Source: Actinomycetes bacterium (GTDB lineage: Bacteria; Actinomycetota; Acidimicrobiia; Acidimicrobiales; Ilumatobacteraceae). From it: 64,000 nt of DNA. Location: contig JANNNB010000054.1 in the NCBI GenBank assembly GCA_031398325.1, positions 1,079 through 65,078 of the forward strand, written 5' to 3'. The notes beneath the pieces are model-generated. The model was not told where the DNA came from. It searched no databases and was given only the letters and a program-made list of their open reading frames with translations. Positions 8,503 through 19,845 of the stretch are shown here, piece by piece. How positions within the stretch are numbered: the first letter of the stretch is position 1; each line of letters begins with the position of its first letter. The translations under genes and the position numbers were made by a program.

Positions 8503-11500
8503 TCATGTGTCGGTCTCCAGCACGACGAGGTCTCGCAGCTCATCGGTCGACAGCTCCGACAGCCACGCTTCAGAGTTCCCGACGACCGAGTCGGCGAGCT
8601 TTCGCTTGTCGTCGATCACGACGCCGATTCGTTCCTCGACGGTGCCCTCGCACACGAGCTTGTGCACGTTGACGGTTCGCTGCTGACCGATCCGCCAGGC
8701 ACGGTCGGTGGCCTGATCCTCCACGGCGGGATTCCACCAGCGGTCGTAGTGGATGACCTGGCTCGCAGAGGTCAGGTTGAGGCCCGTCCCACCGGCCTTG
8801 AGCGACACGATCAGCAGCGGTGGGGATGTCTCGTCCTGGAACGAATCGACCATTCGGTCGCGGCCGGATCGGGAGACACCGCCGTGGAGGAACGATGGTC
8901 GGAAGTGGAACTGCTCGCCGACGTGCTGCACGAGCAACTCGCCCATCTCCCGGAACTGCGTGAACACGAGGGCGCGTTCGCCCTGGTCGAGCAGCTCCGT
9001 GACCAGCTCGTCGAACCGGGTGAGTTTGCCTGACCGACCGGCGAGGCGGGATCCATCCTTGAGTGCGTGGGCCGGGTGGTTGCAGATCTGCTTGAGCCGC
9101 ATGAGGGCCGCGAGCACGAGTCCACGCCGGCGCATTCCCGAGGACTTCTCGGCGTCGGCCAACAGCTGATCGACCACCTGCTGGTACATCGTCGCCTGCT
9201 CCTTGGTGAGCTTTGCGTAGGCGATCTGTTCGATCTTGTCGGGCAGGTCGGGCAGGAGCCGTCGGTCCGCTTTCGTGCGGCGGAGGATGAACGGCTGCGT
9301 GAGCCGCCGGAGCCGCGCGGCCGCATCGGTGTCGCCATTGCGTTCGATCGGCGTGCCGAACTTCTCCCTGAACCTCCCGAGCCCACCGAGCAGGCCGGGG
9401 TTCACGGCGTCGAGGATCGACCACAGTTCGCTCAGCCGATTCTCGACAGGCGTTCCGGTCAGCGCGAGCTTCTGTCCCGCGCGGAGTTGCCGGACCGCCT
9501 TGGCCGCCTTGGTGTTCGGGTTCTTGATCATCTGTGCTTCGTCCAGCACGACCGTCGACCACTCGATGTTGCCGAGGTGTTCCAGGTCGCGCGGAAGGAG
9601 GCCGTACGTCGTGACGACGACGAGGCGTTCCGGGTCGGTGGTGAACAGGGTGTCGTCGCCGAGGCCATCGGAGCGACTGCGCCCACTTCCGTGATGGACC
9701 TGGACGTCGAGCTTGGGCGTGAACCGGCGGGCCTCGCTGCTCCAGTTGCGCACGACACTCAGCGGGCACACCACGAGGTGCGGACCGGGGCGTTCCACGA
9801 GATGAGCGAGCGTCGTGGCGGTCTTGCCGAGCCCCATGTCGTCCGCGAGGCACCCCCCGAGGCCGAGCTTGGCCAGGAACTGCATCCACGACAGGCCACG
9901 CCGTTGGTAGTGCCGCAGTTCGCCGATGAACTCTTCGGACTCCATCGTCTCTTCGAGCACCTCGTCGGGAAGCCCGTCGAGCAGCACTCGTACCCAGTCG
10001 AGGTCGAGTGGCTCGGTGCGATCGTCGTCGTCGCCGAATGCGGCGGGTTCGAGACCCGGTTGTTCGGCAGTCGCCCCCTCGGCGAGCCGAACGAGGGCAT
10101 GCTCCTGGTCGCTGTCGTCGTCGTTTGCGAGGCGCAGGAGCTCGAGTGGTTGCACCCGACTGTGATCGCGCCGGAGATCCTGGAGTTGTTGGCGCTTGCG
10201 CCGGAGCTCGTCGGCGTCGATGCGCACCCAGCGATGGCCGGTGTGGAGCAGCGATGATCCCGCTTCGGCGGCGCGTGCGAGTTCGGCCTCGGAGATCGTG
10301 TCGTCGCCGACGACCATCGTCCAATCGATGAGCGCCTCGTGACCGAACTGCTTCTTGCGGTCGTCAGGTGGTGCGGGCGTTGCCTCTCCATTGACACTGA
10401 CACGGGTCCGCACCAGGCGTTCAGGACCGATCAGTTCGATGCCGAGGCGTTGCAGCTCAGCGGGCGCGATGTCGATGAAGTCCTCCGCGACGTCGAGATC
10501 GAGTTCGACGATCGTCGGTTCGTGTTCGAGCGCGAGGTCGGCCAGCCCGGGGATGAACGCGATCCGTGTCACCGTGTCGGTGATCGCATCGGTCAACAGG
10601 TCGAGGTGACGCTCCTCGCGGGCGACATCACGGGCCGCGGCGTTGCGGTCCCACACGTCGTTGGCCGTGCACCAGCGAGACGAGTCGTTGTCGTCGACGA
10701 GTTCGAGCCGCACGGTCCATGGAGCCAGCGGGTCGTCGGGCACGATCAGCCGCAGGCGGGGGACGATGACCGGTTCGCCACCCGAGCGTCGGCGGTGACG
10801 GTCGAGCTCGTCGCGAAGGTGGTCGAGCGCGATCTCGAACCCCTCCGTGTTGCCGCGGATCACGTAGTCGGGCTTCGACAACGCGCCGAAGGTGGCGCGC
10901 AACGCCTGGAGGTCGGGCCGGCGCTGCTTGCCGAGTTCGGCTCTCCATCCGGATTGCGCGAGCAGCCCGCGAGCGATCCCGTCGACCAGTCGGTCGAACA
11001 TCTGGTCGACATCGGCTCCGGAGCCGAGCGTGCACACCGGAGGCATCGATGCCGCGAGCCCGGCGAGTGCATCGGCCACCCGCTGATCCTCGGGACCGTC
11101 GGGCGCGTGGACCCACCGCGCCGCGGTGAACGGACCTTCGTCGGTGATGATCGGCACGATCCGGCCGCTCGAGACGGTGCGGCGCGCCAGCTCGGCGAGC
11201 GCCGCGAACCACTCGATGGAGTCGGAGACGAATTCGGCGTCGGGCAGCTCGGACAGCCAGACGGCGACCGAGAGCGGGTCGAGCTGTACCGATGACACGT
11301 GCATCGTCGGCTGGTCGGGCGCCTGGATCGTCAGTCGGCCGATGGCGCCGTACGAGATGGGCGAGTCGTGCCACCCGGTACGCATGCCGTCGGCGTTGAG
11401 CGCGCGAAAGCCGTAGAACCAGGCCATCGAGGCCGAGTCGTAGCCGTTCCATCCCCAGACGTGCAGCGACCCGCTACGCCACGTGCCCTGGGCAACGTAC

Positions 11501-11520
11501 GGCGGACGGTCGCGTGACAC
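8503..11520 (-). CDS. SNF2/RAD54-family helicase-like ATPase with long N-terminal accessory region (HelZ-like)
   Basis: Motif I [10 protein letters not shown], motif II [11 protein letters not shown], motif III [19 protein letters not shown], C-lobe [43 protein letters not shown]. GTG start. Confidence 0.9.
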   Translation of the reverse strand: [1005 protein letters not shown]

Positions 11521-11560
11521 CTCATCGACCCTACCGAAGGGCTGTCACGCTCCGACCTGA

Positions 11561-12991
11561 TCAGATGCCGTCGACGACGTCCAGTCCGTCGACGTCGCCC
11601 ATGTCGCCGATGTCGGCGGACCCATCGACGGCGGGGAGCCCGGTGTCGAGGCCTTGCCACAGCCCGTCTGCCGACTCGTAGGTGAGGTCGGCGGCCAAGA
11701 GATCGACCGACAGCTCGGGGGCAAGAACCGCGATCGGGTCGGCCATCGGTGCGACCGCGGCCTCGTCCCACGTGCCGGTGTCGTCGGCGACTGCGGTGTC
11801 GATCAGCAGGTCGTTCGGCGTGTCGACGACGAAGTCGGCGTGCTTGATCCCTTCGAAATCGACGGCGGCATCCAGGGTGACGATGGGTGGTCCGGTGACC
11901 TCGAAGTTCACCGCGAATTCGTCGATCTCCGCCACGGTTGGTCCGAGATCTTTGAATCCCCCGGAATCCTTGATGCCCGCCTCGACGAGCTTGATGCCTT
12001 CGTGTTCGACCAGCTTGATGCCTTCATGTTCGACGAGCTTGAACCCGTCGCCTTCCCAATCGGCGCCCTTGTGGCTCGTCGTGTCCCAGTCGACGGGCCT
12101 GGCATCGACGACTTCGATCTGGAGGTCGTCGCCGGCATCCTTCCAGTCGGACTCCTTGAAACCGACTTCGTCGAACTGCTTCTCGAACTGCTTCTCGGCT
12201 CCGGCCACGGCGAGTTTGACCTGCTCGGCGTCTTTGTACCCAGCGGCCTCGGCGTCTTTCATCCCCTCGAACTTCTTGGTGGCCCCGTCGTCGACCGACG
12301 CCCTGCCCTTTGCGTTGTCTTCGATTTCATCCGTAGCGACCTTCCATGCCGACTCGGCAGCACGCTCGTCCGGCGCGTACTTGGATTCGACGAGATCCTT
12401 GTGGCCCGTCGTGTCGGTGAGGTCCTTGTGACCGACGGTGGTGATGTCGACACCGGGACTGACGACGGCGAAGCGCGCCATGTGTTCGTCGGCGAGCGAC
12501 AGTGTCGACGCGGAGTCGTCGAGATCGGCACCCTTGTGCGCCGTGTCGCCTGCTCGTGCTTCTTGGTTGGCTTGGATTTCGGCTTGTTTGGCGCGGTATT
12601 CGGCGTTTTTGGCGTCGCTTTCGGGGGTGTGGGGTTTGTCGCCGCGTGCTTCTTGGTTGGCTTGGATTTCGGCCTGTTTGGCGCGGTATTCGGCGTTCTT
12701 GGCATCCGAAGCGTCGGCCTGTGCGGCTCCGACATCGACGCTGGCCGAATCGATCAATTCCTTCTCTTCCACCACGTCCTCGTGTTCGGTGGTTACCGGG
12801 GTGTCGGTCGCGCCGACGACAGCGAAGCGCGACATGTGCTGATCGGCGAGCGACAGTGTCAACGCGGAGTCGTCGAGTTCGGCACCCTTGTGCATCAAGT
12901 CCGACTTGCTCGTGATCTCCGAAGCCTCGTCGGCCGGCGGGGCCGTGTGCTCTGGGCTGGGCGTCAACGGCTTGTGTCTGCGGATTCTCAT
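11561..12991 (-). CDS. Highly acidic, internally repetitive hypothetical protein
   Basis: A 476-aa ORF with an ATG start, 40 nt upstream of the SNF2 gene on the same strand. D+E far exceed K+R by eye. No signal peptide or TM segment. Contains several internal repeats (listed as repeat features). I recognise no family. Confidence 0.6.
   Translation of the reverse strand: MRIRRHKPLTPSPEHTAPPADEASEITSKSDLMHKGAELDDSALTLSLADQHMSRFAVVGATDTPVTTEHEDVVEEKELIDSASVDVGAAQADASDAKNAEYRAKQAEIQANQEARGDKPHTPESDAKNAEYRAKQAEIQANQEARAGDTAHKGADLDDSASTLSLADEHMARFAVVSPGVDITTVGHKDLTDTTGHKDLVESKYAPDERAAESAWKVATDEIEDNAKGRASVDDGATKKFEGMKDAEAAGYKDAEQVKLAVAGAEKQFEKQFDEVGFKESDWKDAGDDLQIEVVDARPVDWDTTSHKGADWEGDGFKLVEHEGIKLVEHEGIKLVEAGIKDSGGFKDLGPTVAEIDEFAVNFEVTGPPIVTLDAAVDFEGIKHADFVVDTPNDLLIDTAVADDTGTWDEAAVAPMADPIAVLAPELSVDLLAADLTYESADGLWQGLDTGLPAVDGSADIGDMGDVDGLDVVDGI
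11969..12052. repeat. Tandem 24-nt coding repeat (about 3.5 units) inside the acidic protein gene
   Basis: cttgatgccttcgtgttcgaccag / cttgatgccttcatgttcgacgag with partial flanking units. On the minus strand it encodes FKLVEHEGIKLVEHEGIKLVEAGIK. Confidence 0.8.
12555..12706. repeat. Direct repeat, two ~62-nt units with 90-nt period, inside the acidic protein gene
   Basis: cgtgcttcttggttggcttggatttcggc(t/c)tgtttggcgcggtattcggcgtt(t/c)ttggc(g/a)tc occurs at 12555 and 12645. It encodes DAKNAEYRAKQAEIQANQEAR twice. A second ~80-nt duplication (HKGA[ED]LDDSA.TLSLAD.HM.RFAVV) flanks it, near 12461-12541 and 12810-12893. Confidence 0.85.
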
Positions 12992-13110
12992 GTCACTCGC
13001 TCCTCGCGTCGATGCGTGTGTTCATCGGAGACAGTACGCCGCATGAAGGGTCGGCAATATCGGGAAGATTCCCGGTTCGCTCACTAGCGCCGCCCGTTAC
13101 GTTCACCGTG

Positions 13111-13503
13111 ATGGATGACCGGTCGGCCCGCAGTGGACTACGAATTCTCGAGTCGCCAGGCGCCGGACGCGGCGTCTTCGCCGACCGCTCGTTCGCAGCC
13201 GGTGACATCCTCGAGGTTGCACCGGCCCTCGTCATCCCACCGGCTCAGATCGATGCGCTCCGACAAACCGGGCTGCGCTACTACGTGTGGAACTGGGGCA
13301 GTTCGCTGGCTGTCGGGCTCGGCATCATCAGCCTCGTGAACCACGGGATCCCCGCCAACACGAAGTGGGTCGCGGACTTCGAGAACGGCGAGCTGTCGAT
13401 GGTCGCCACCGCCGACATCGAACCCGGCGACGAGCTGCTGGTCGACTACAGCAAAGGCGGCACCCGCCCCCTTCCGTTCGCCGACCGCTCCACCAACGAC
13501 TGA
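13111..13503 (+). CDS. SET-domain protein (putative protein-lysine methyltransferase)
   Basis: GAGRGVFADRSFAAGDIL, SLVNHGIPANTKW (NH motif) and GDELLVDYS (ELxxDY) match the SET fold signatures. ATG at 13111 is in frame with the track ORF; the upstream extension looks non-coding. Confidence 0.75.
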   Translation: MDDRSARSGLRILESPGAGRGVFADRSFAAGDILEVAPALVIPPAQIDALRQTGLRYYVWNWGSSLAVGLGIISLVNHGIPANTKWVADFENGELSMVATADIEPGDELLVDYSKGGTRPLPFADRSTND

Positions 13504-13518
13504 GCACCCCTCATTTCG

Positions 13519-14292
13519 TCAGGTGCCGGTGAAGTTCGGCGGCCGCTTTTCGAGGAAGCTCTTCACGCCCTCGCGGTGGTCGTTGGTATGGAAGAGCTCG
13601 GCGAGATTTGTGCTCACCCAGCGGCCGAGCTCGTTCCAGTCCGGGTCCACCGCCTTGCGCAGGCCCCGCTTGATGGCCTGCACGGCGAGCGGTGGGTTGG
13701 CGGCGATCCGCTCCGCGAGGTCCATCGCCGTCGGCAGCAGTTCGTCGTGAGGGACGACGCGCGAGACGAGCCCGATGCGGAGTGCCTCGACGGCATCGAT
13801 CACGTTGCCCGTGAAGATGAGCTCGGCGGCGTGTTCGCGCCCGACGAGCGATGCCAACCGACCGATGCCACCGACGTCGGTCACCAATCCCCGCAACACG
13901 AACAACTCGCCGAACTTCGCACGCTCGGACGCGACCCGGATGTCGGCGTACATCGCCAGCTCCATACCCCAACCGACCGCTGCGCCGTTGACCGCTGCGA
14001 TCACGGGGATGTCGGTGTGCAAGATGGCGTCGGCAGCTGGGGTGAGGCGCGGTTCGCGTGAGCCGAGGTCCGGAGGCTTTTCGCCACCGCCCATGATCTG
14101 CTTCACGTCATCGCCCGAACAGAACGCCGGGTCAGTGGCCGTGATCACGAGGCATCGGGCGTCGCTGTTGCGCACCGCCGATTCGAGCGCGGCGTACGTC
14201 GACCAGGTCAACGCATTGCGGGCCTCTGGTCGGTTGATCGTGATGACCCCGACGTGTCCGTGCCGGTCGTAAGTCAGTTCGTCGGATGCCAT
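13519..14292 (-). CDS. Enoyl-CoA hydratase/isomerase (crotonase) family protein
   Basis: MASDELTYDRHGHVGVITINRPEARNAL..., CLVITATDPAFCSGDD, AAVNGAAVGWGMELAMYADIRVA. ATG at 14292; the track extension to 14631 is antisense to the next gene. Confidence 0.85.
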   Translation of the reverse strand: MASDELTYDRHGHVGVITINRPEARNALTWSTYAALESAVRNSDARCLVITATDPAFCSGDDVKQIMGGGEKPPDLGSREPRLTPAADAILHTDIPVIAAVNGAAVGWGMELAMYADIRVASERAKFGELFVLRGLVTDVGGIGRLASLVGREHAAELIFTGNVIDAVEALRIGLVSRVVPHDELLPTAMDLAERIAANPPLAVQAIKRGLRKAVDPDWNELGRWVSTNLAELFHTNDHREGVKSFLEKRPPNFTGT

Positions 14293-14385
14293 GGCGTAAC
14301 CCCCCTCGTCGGTCGCAGTGTCGCAGTCTGCACGCAGCAGCGTCGACCCGGACCGATCCGAGTCCGTAGAGTCGCGAACGTGGCG

Positions 14386-15252
14386 ATGTCGGTGAATGAG
14401 CGCTATCTGCCGTTCCTCGAGGGCCCGCGCGAACTGGACCCGCAGACCTTCCGATGGCGCCTCGGCGTGCGGGCGCTCGACCCCCGCGACTGGATCGAGC
14501 TCGGACCCGACGCCGACGAAGCGATCGCTGCGAAGGCACGACTCAACGCCGCGCATCCCTCGACCGTGTTCGCTGCTCTCGATGGGGTCGAAGTCGAGTC
14601 CCAGCAGATCGCAGAGGCGTTGATCCACCACCTCCGCCGGCGATGGCCCGAGCGATACCGGCAGGTCGTGCTCGATGACCAGCTACACCCGCTCGACGCA
14701 GCCGCGCGCCTCGTGCCGGAGGACCTCGTCTTGATGACCGAGCGCGAGGGTCGGCTCGTGTTCGCCGCCGGGTCGGTCTGCTTCCCCAACCGTTGGGACC
14801 TGCGGTCGAAGATCGGAAAGACCCTCACCGAGGTCCACGCGCCCGTGGCCTTGTTGAACGATCAGCTCGAGGGCCCGATCGATGGCTTCTTCGACCGGCT
14901 CAGACCGGACCGCAGCTTCTGGCGGCTGGGCTGGGGTGTCCTCGACACCGACGATTGGTACCCGCCGATCGACGGAACTGCGGCCGGCCGGCCGATCGAC
15001 CCCGCGCCGGATCGGCTGTTCCTGCGCGTCGAACGCGAGACGATCCGCAGATTCGCGCCGTCGAACGCCGTGCTGTTCACCATTCGCACCTACGTCACGC
15101 CGATCCCAGAGGTCGCCGCCGATGGTGCGACCGCGGCTCGTCTCGCGGATGCGCTCGCCGGTTTGCCTCCCGACGTGCAGGCCTACAAGGACGTGGCGAC
15201 GTTCGGTCGATCGCTGGTCGAGTATCTCCGCGCGGTCGATGACCGATCTTGA
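14386..15252 (+). CDS. DUF3445 / heme-dependent oxidative N-demethylase-like family protein
   Basis: The pattern YLPF...LGVRALDPRDWIE...LVPEDLVLM...GSVCFPNRWDLRSKIGKTLTEVHAPV resembles the DUF3445 family as I remember it. ATG at 14386. Confidence 0.6.
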   Translation: MSVNERYLPFLEGPRELDPQTFRWRLGVRALDPRDWIELGPDADEAIAAKARLNAAHPSTVFAALDGVEVESQQIAEALIHHLRRRWPERYRQVVLDDQLHPLDAAARLVPEDLVLMTEREGRLVFAAGSVCFPNRWDLRSKIGKTLTEVHAPVALLNDQLEGPIDGFFDRLRPDRSFWRLGWGVLDTDDWYPPIDGTAAGRPIDPAPDRLFLRVERETIRRFAPSNAVLFTIRTYVTPIPEVAADGATAARLADALAGLPPDVQAYKDVATFGRSLVEYLRAVDDRS

Positions 15253-15268
15253 TACACTTCGACTCAAG
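15248..15268 (+). promoter_or_regulatory. HAIR-like inverted repeat (candidate HspR operator) upstream of clpB
   Basis: CTTGATA-N7-ACTCAAG versus the HAIR consensus CTTGAGT-N7-ACTCAAG (right half perfect, left half 5/7). It lies 48 nt upstream of the clpB GTG. An AAGGAG Shine-Dalgarno sits at about 15304-15309. Confidence 0.5.
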
Positions 15269-15315
15269 TTTTGTGAAGAGTACGCAGCAGACTGCTGCCG
15301 ACAAGGAGCTCCCGA

Positions 15316-17802
<2,487 letters not shown>

Positions 17803-17829
17803 CGCGACCACGCCCGCTCGCGCCGCACG

Positions 17830-17872
17830 GCGATGAGCGAACCGCCCGATAGTCGGGCGGTTCGCTCATCGC
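17830..17872. repeat. Perfect palindrome (20-bp stem, 3-nt loop): REP-like element copy A and probable bidirectional terminator between convergent clpB and the kinase gene
   Basis: gcgatgagcgaaccgcccga-tag-tcgggcggttcgctcatcgc. The kinase stop codon (17866-17868) lies inside the right arm. The same element recurs at 52229-52333. Confidence 0.75.
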
Positions 17873-19080
17873 TTCGACGGGACGAGGGTCAGGCGGAACG
17901 TCGGCGGGCGCTGTTCGACGAGCTCGAGCCGCCCCCCGTCGGCTTCTGCCAGTCGACGCGCCAGCGGCAGACCTCGTCCGTGGGCCGCCTGGTGATCCTC
18001 GGGCCGGACGAACAGGTTCTTCACGCGCTCGTCGCTGAGGCCCGCCCCTTCGTCCTCGATCGTGACACTGTCGTCCTGTACGAGGATCGCGACCGTGCCG
18101 CGCCCGTGGCGGAGCGCGTTGTCGAGCAGGATGTCGAGGACCTGTCCGACCAGGCCGGGCGTGCCCATCACCGGCTGCACGCGTCCGGTCGTGACGACGA
18201 TCTGGCGACGCTTCCCGGCGAAGCGCTGCTGCCAGTCCGACACGTGGTGGTCGACGACCTCCACGAGGTCGATCTCGGTGCGTTCGCCGGTGCTGCCCTT
18301 GCGGGCCACACGGAGCAACTCGTCGAGTGCGACGTTGAGTTCGTGCGTCTGGGTGAGCGCAGCGCTCGCCTCGGCGGCGACTGCTGGGTCGTCGGTACGT
18401 TCCAACACTTCGAGGCGCATCGCGATGCCCGTGAGCCCGGTGCGCAGCTGATGCGTCGCGTCGGCCGTGAAGCCGCGCTCCGAGTTCAGCATTCGCTCCA
18501 CCCGGTTGGCGCTCAGGCGAAGCGCTCGCGAGATGTCGTCGATCTCACGAATGCCCGACGGCGGCGGTCCGGTGACGCTGAAGTCACCGTCGCCGAGGCG
18601 AGACGCACTGCGCGCCAATCGTTCGAGTGGAGTCGCGAGTTGGCGCGCCTGCACGGTGGCGAGCAGTGCCGACGCGATGATCGCCCCGACAGCGACGATG
18701 CCGAGCCGCACCACCTGTTCCTGGAACCGCTCGTTGAGTTCCTCGCCACTCGTGACCAGCAGGATGGTGGTGCCGCCGGGACCTGCAGTCGAAGCCTCGA
18801 CGGGCGAGACGATGTCGCCCATGCCGAGCTCGACTTCTACCTCGCCGTCTGCAGACACGATCCGGACGCCATCGCCGTCGTTGACGATGTCGTCGAGCAC
18901 CTCGACACTCGGTGGTTCGTCCCGGACGTAGGCGGTGGCGATCGAGGTGAGCTGCTGATCGAGACGTGATTGGAGCTCGGACTCGGCGGCATTCCGAACG
19001 ATCAGCAACACCGGGACGAGCAGCACCAGGATCACCACGGTCACCACAGCGACGGTCGAGAGCACCAGCCGGCGACGCAT
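17866..19080 (-). CDS. Sensor histidine kinase (TM-HAMP-HisKA-HATPase_c)
   Basis: N-terminal TM helix, H-box FTADATHQLRTGLTGI, N-box LLDNALRHG, G-boxes EDEGAGLS...GRGLPLARRL. Confidence 0.85.
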   Translation of the reverse strand: MRRRLVLSTVAVVTVVILVLLVPVLLIVRNAAESELQSRLDQQLTSIATAYVRDEPPSVEVLDDIVNDGDGVRIVSADGEVEVELGMGDIVSPVEASTAGPGGTTILLVTSGEELNERFQEQVVRLGIVAVGAIIASALLATVQARQLATPLERLARSASRLGDGDFSVTGPPPSGIREIDDISRALRLSANRVERMLNSERGFTADATHQLRTGLTGIAMRLEVLERTDDPAVAAEASAALTQTHELNVALDELLRVARKGSTGERTEIDLVEVVDHHVSDWQQRFAGKRRQIVVTTGRVQPVMGTPGLVGQVLDILLDNALRHGRGTVAILVQDDSVTIEDEGAGLSDERVKNLFVRPEDHQAAHGRGLPLARRLAEADGGRLELVEQRPPTFRLTLVPSKR

Positions 19081-19095
19081 ACCGAATCCGGTGCC

Positions 19096-19800
19096 CTACG
19101 GCTCGAAGCGGAATCCGACGCCGCGAACGGTGACGATCTTGGACGGAGGATCGGTGTCGTCGTTGATCTTGCGGCGCAGCGTCGAGGTGTGGGTGTCGAG
19201 CGTCCGCGTGGAGCCCCACCAGTTGGAGTCCCACACCTCGCTCATGATGCGCTCGCGCTTGACCGTGACGCCGGGCTGACGCATGAGCAGCTCGAGCAGA
19301 TCGAACTCCTTCGACGTGAGTTCGACCTCGGTACGCACACCGTCGCTCGATGTCAGGAAGCAGCGTCGCGCGCCGACGTCGAGGTCGATGCCGGCGCCGC
19401 TCAGCATCGCGCTCGAGGAGGCCCGGTCGGCTGTCTGCTCGGCGATGCGCAGGCGAGCACGGATCCGCGCCACCAACTCCGCGAGTCGGAACGGCTTGGC
19501 GATGTAGTCGTCGGCGCCGGCGTTGAGCCCGACGATCACGTCGACCTCCTCGGATCGAGCGGTCAGCATGATGATCGGCAGGTTCGGATGATCGAGACGG
19601 ACGGTGCGGCACACGTCGAGCCCGTCGAGGTCGGGCAGGGTCAGATCGAGGAGGACCAGGTCGGGGCGGTTCGCATTGACGGCGTCGATCGCATCGCGTC
19701 CTGTTGCGACGTGCTCGACCTCGAGGCCCTCGCCCCGAAGGACACGGATGAGCGGCTCACTGATTCGTTCGTCGTCTTCGACCAGGAGTACCGCCGTCAT
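19096..19800 (-). CDS. OmpR-family response regulator
   Basis: Receiver domain (LLVEDDE...DLVLLDLTLPDLDG...LTAR) plus a winged-helix C-terminus (LTSKEFDLLELLM...VTVRGVGFRF). It lies 15 nt upstream of the kinase gene. Confidence 0.9.
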   Translation of the reverse strand: MTAVLLVEDDERISEPLIRVLRGEGLEVEHVATGRDAIDAVNANRPDLVLLDLTLPDLDGLDVCRTVRLDHPNLPIIMLTARSEEVDVIVGLNAGADDYIAKPFRLAELVARIRARLRIAEQTADRASSSAMLSGAGIDLDVGARRCFLTSSDGVRTEVELTSKEFDLLELLMRQPGVTVKRERIMSEVWDSNWWGSTRTLDTHTSTLRRKINDDTDPPSKIVTVRGVGFRFEP

Positions 19801-19845
19801 CGAGGCGAGCGTACGTCGGGGGCGGGTTGCCCGACCGGAATGCCG

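Noticed and set aside
17833-17875. ATG-initiated ORF starts provided by the REP-like element: ATGAGCGAACC at 17833 and 52331, and the TTG at 52241.
   Set aside because: These starts lie inside palindromic repeat arms. They extend ORFs that are either antisense to a real gene or have better downstream starts, so they are treated as artefacts of the repeat sequence.
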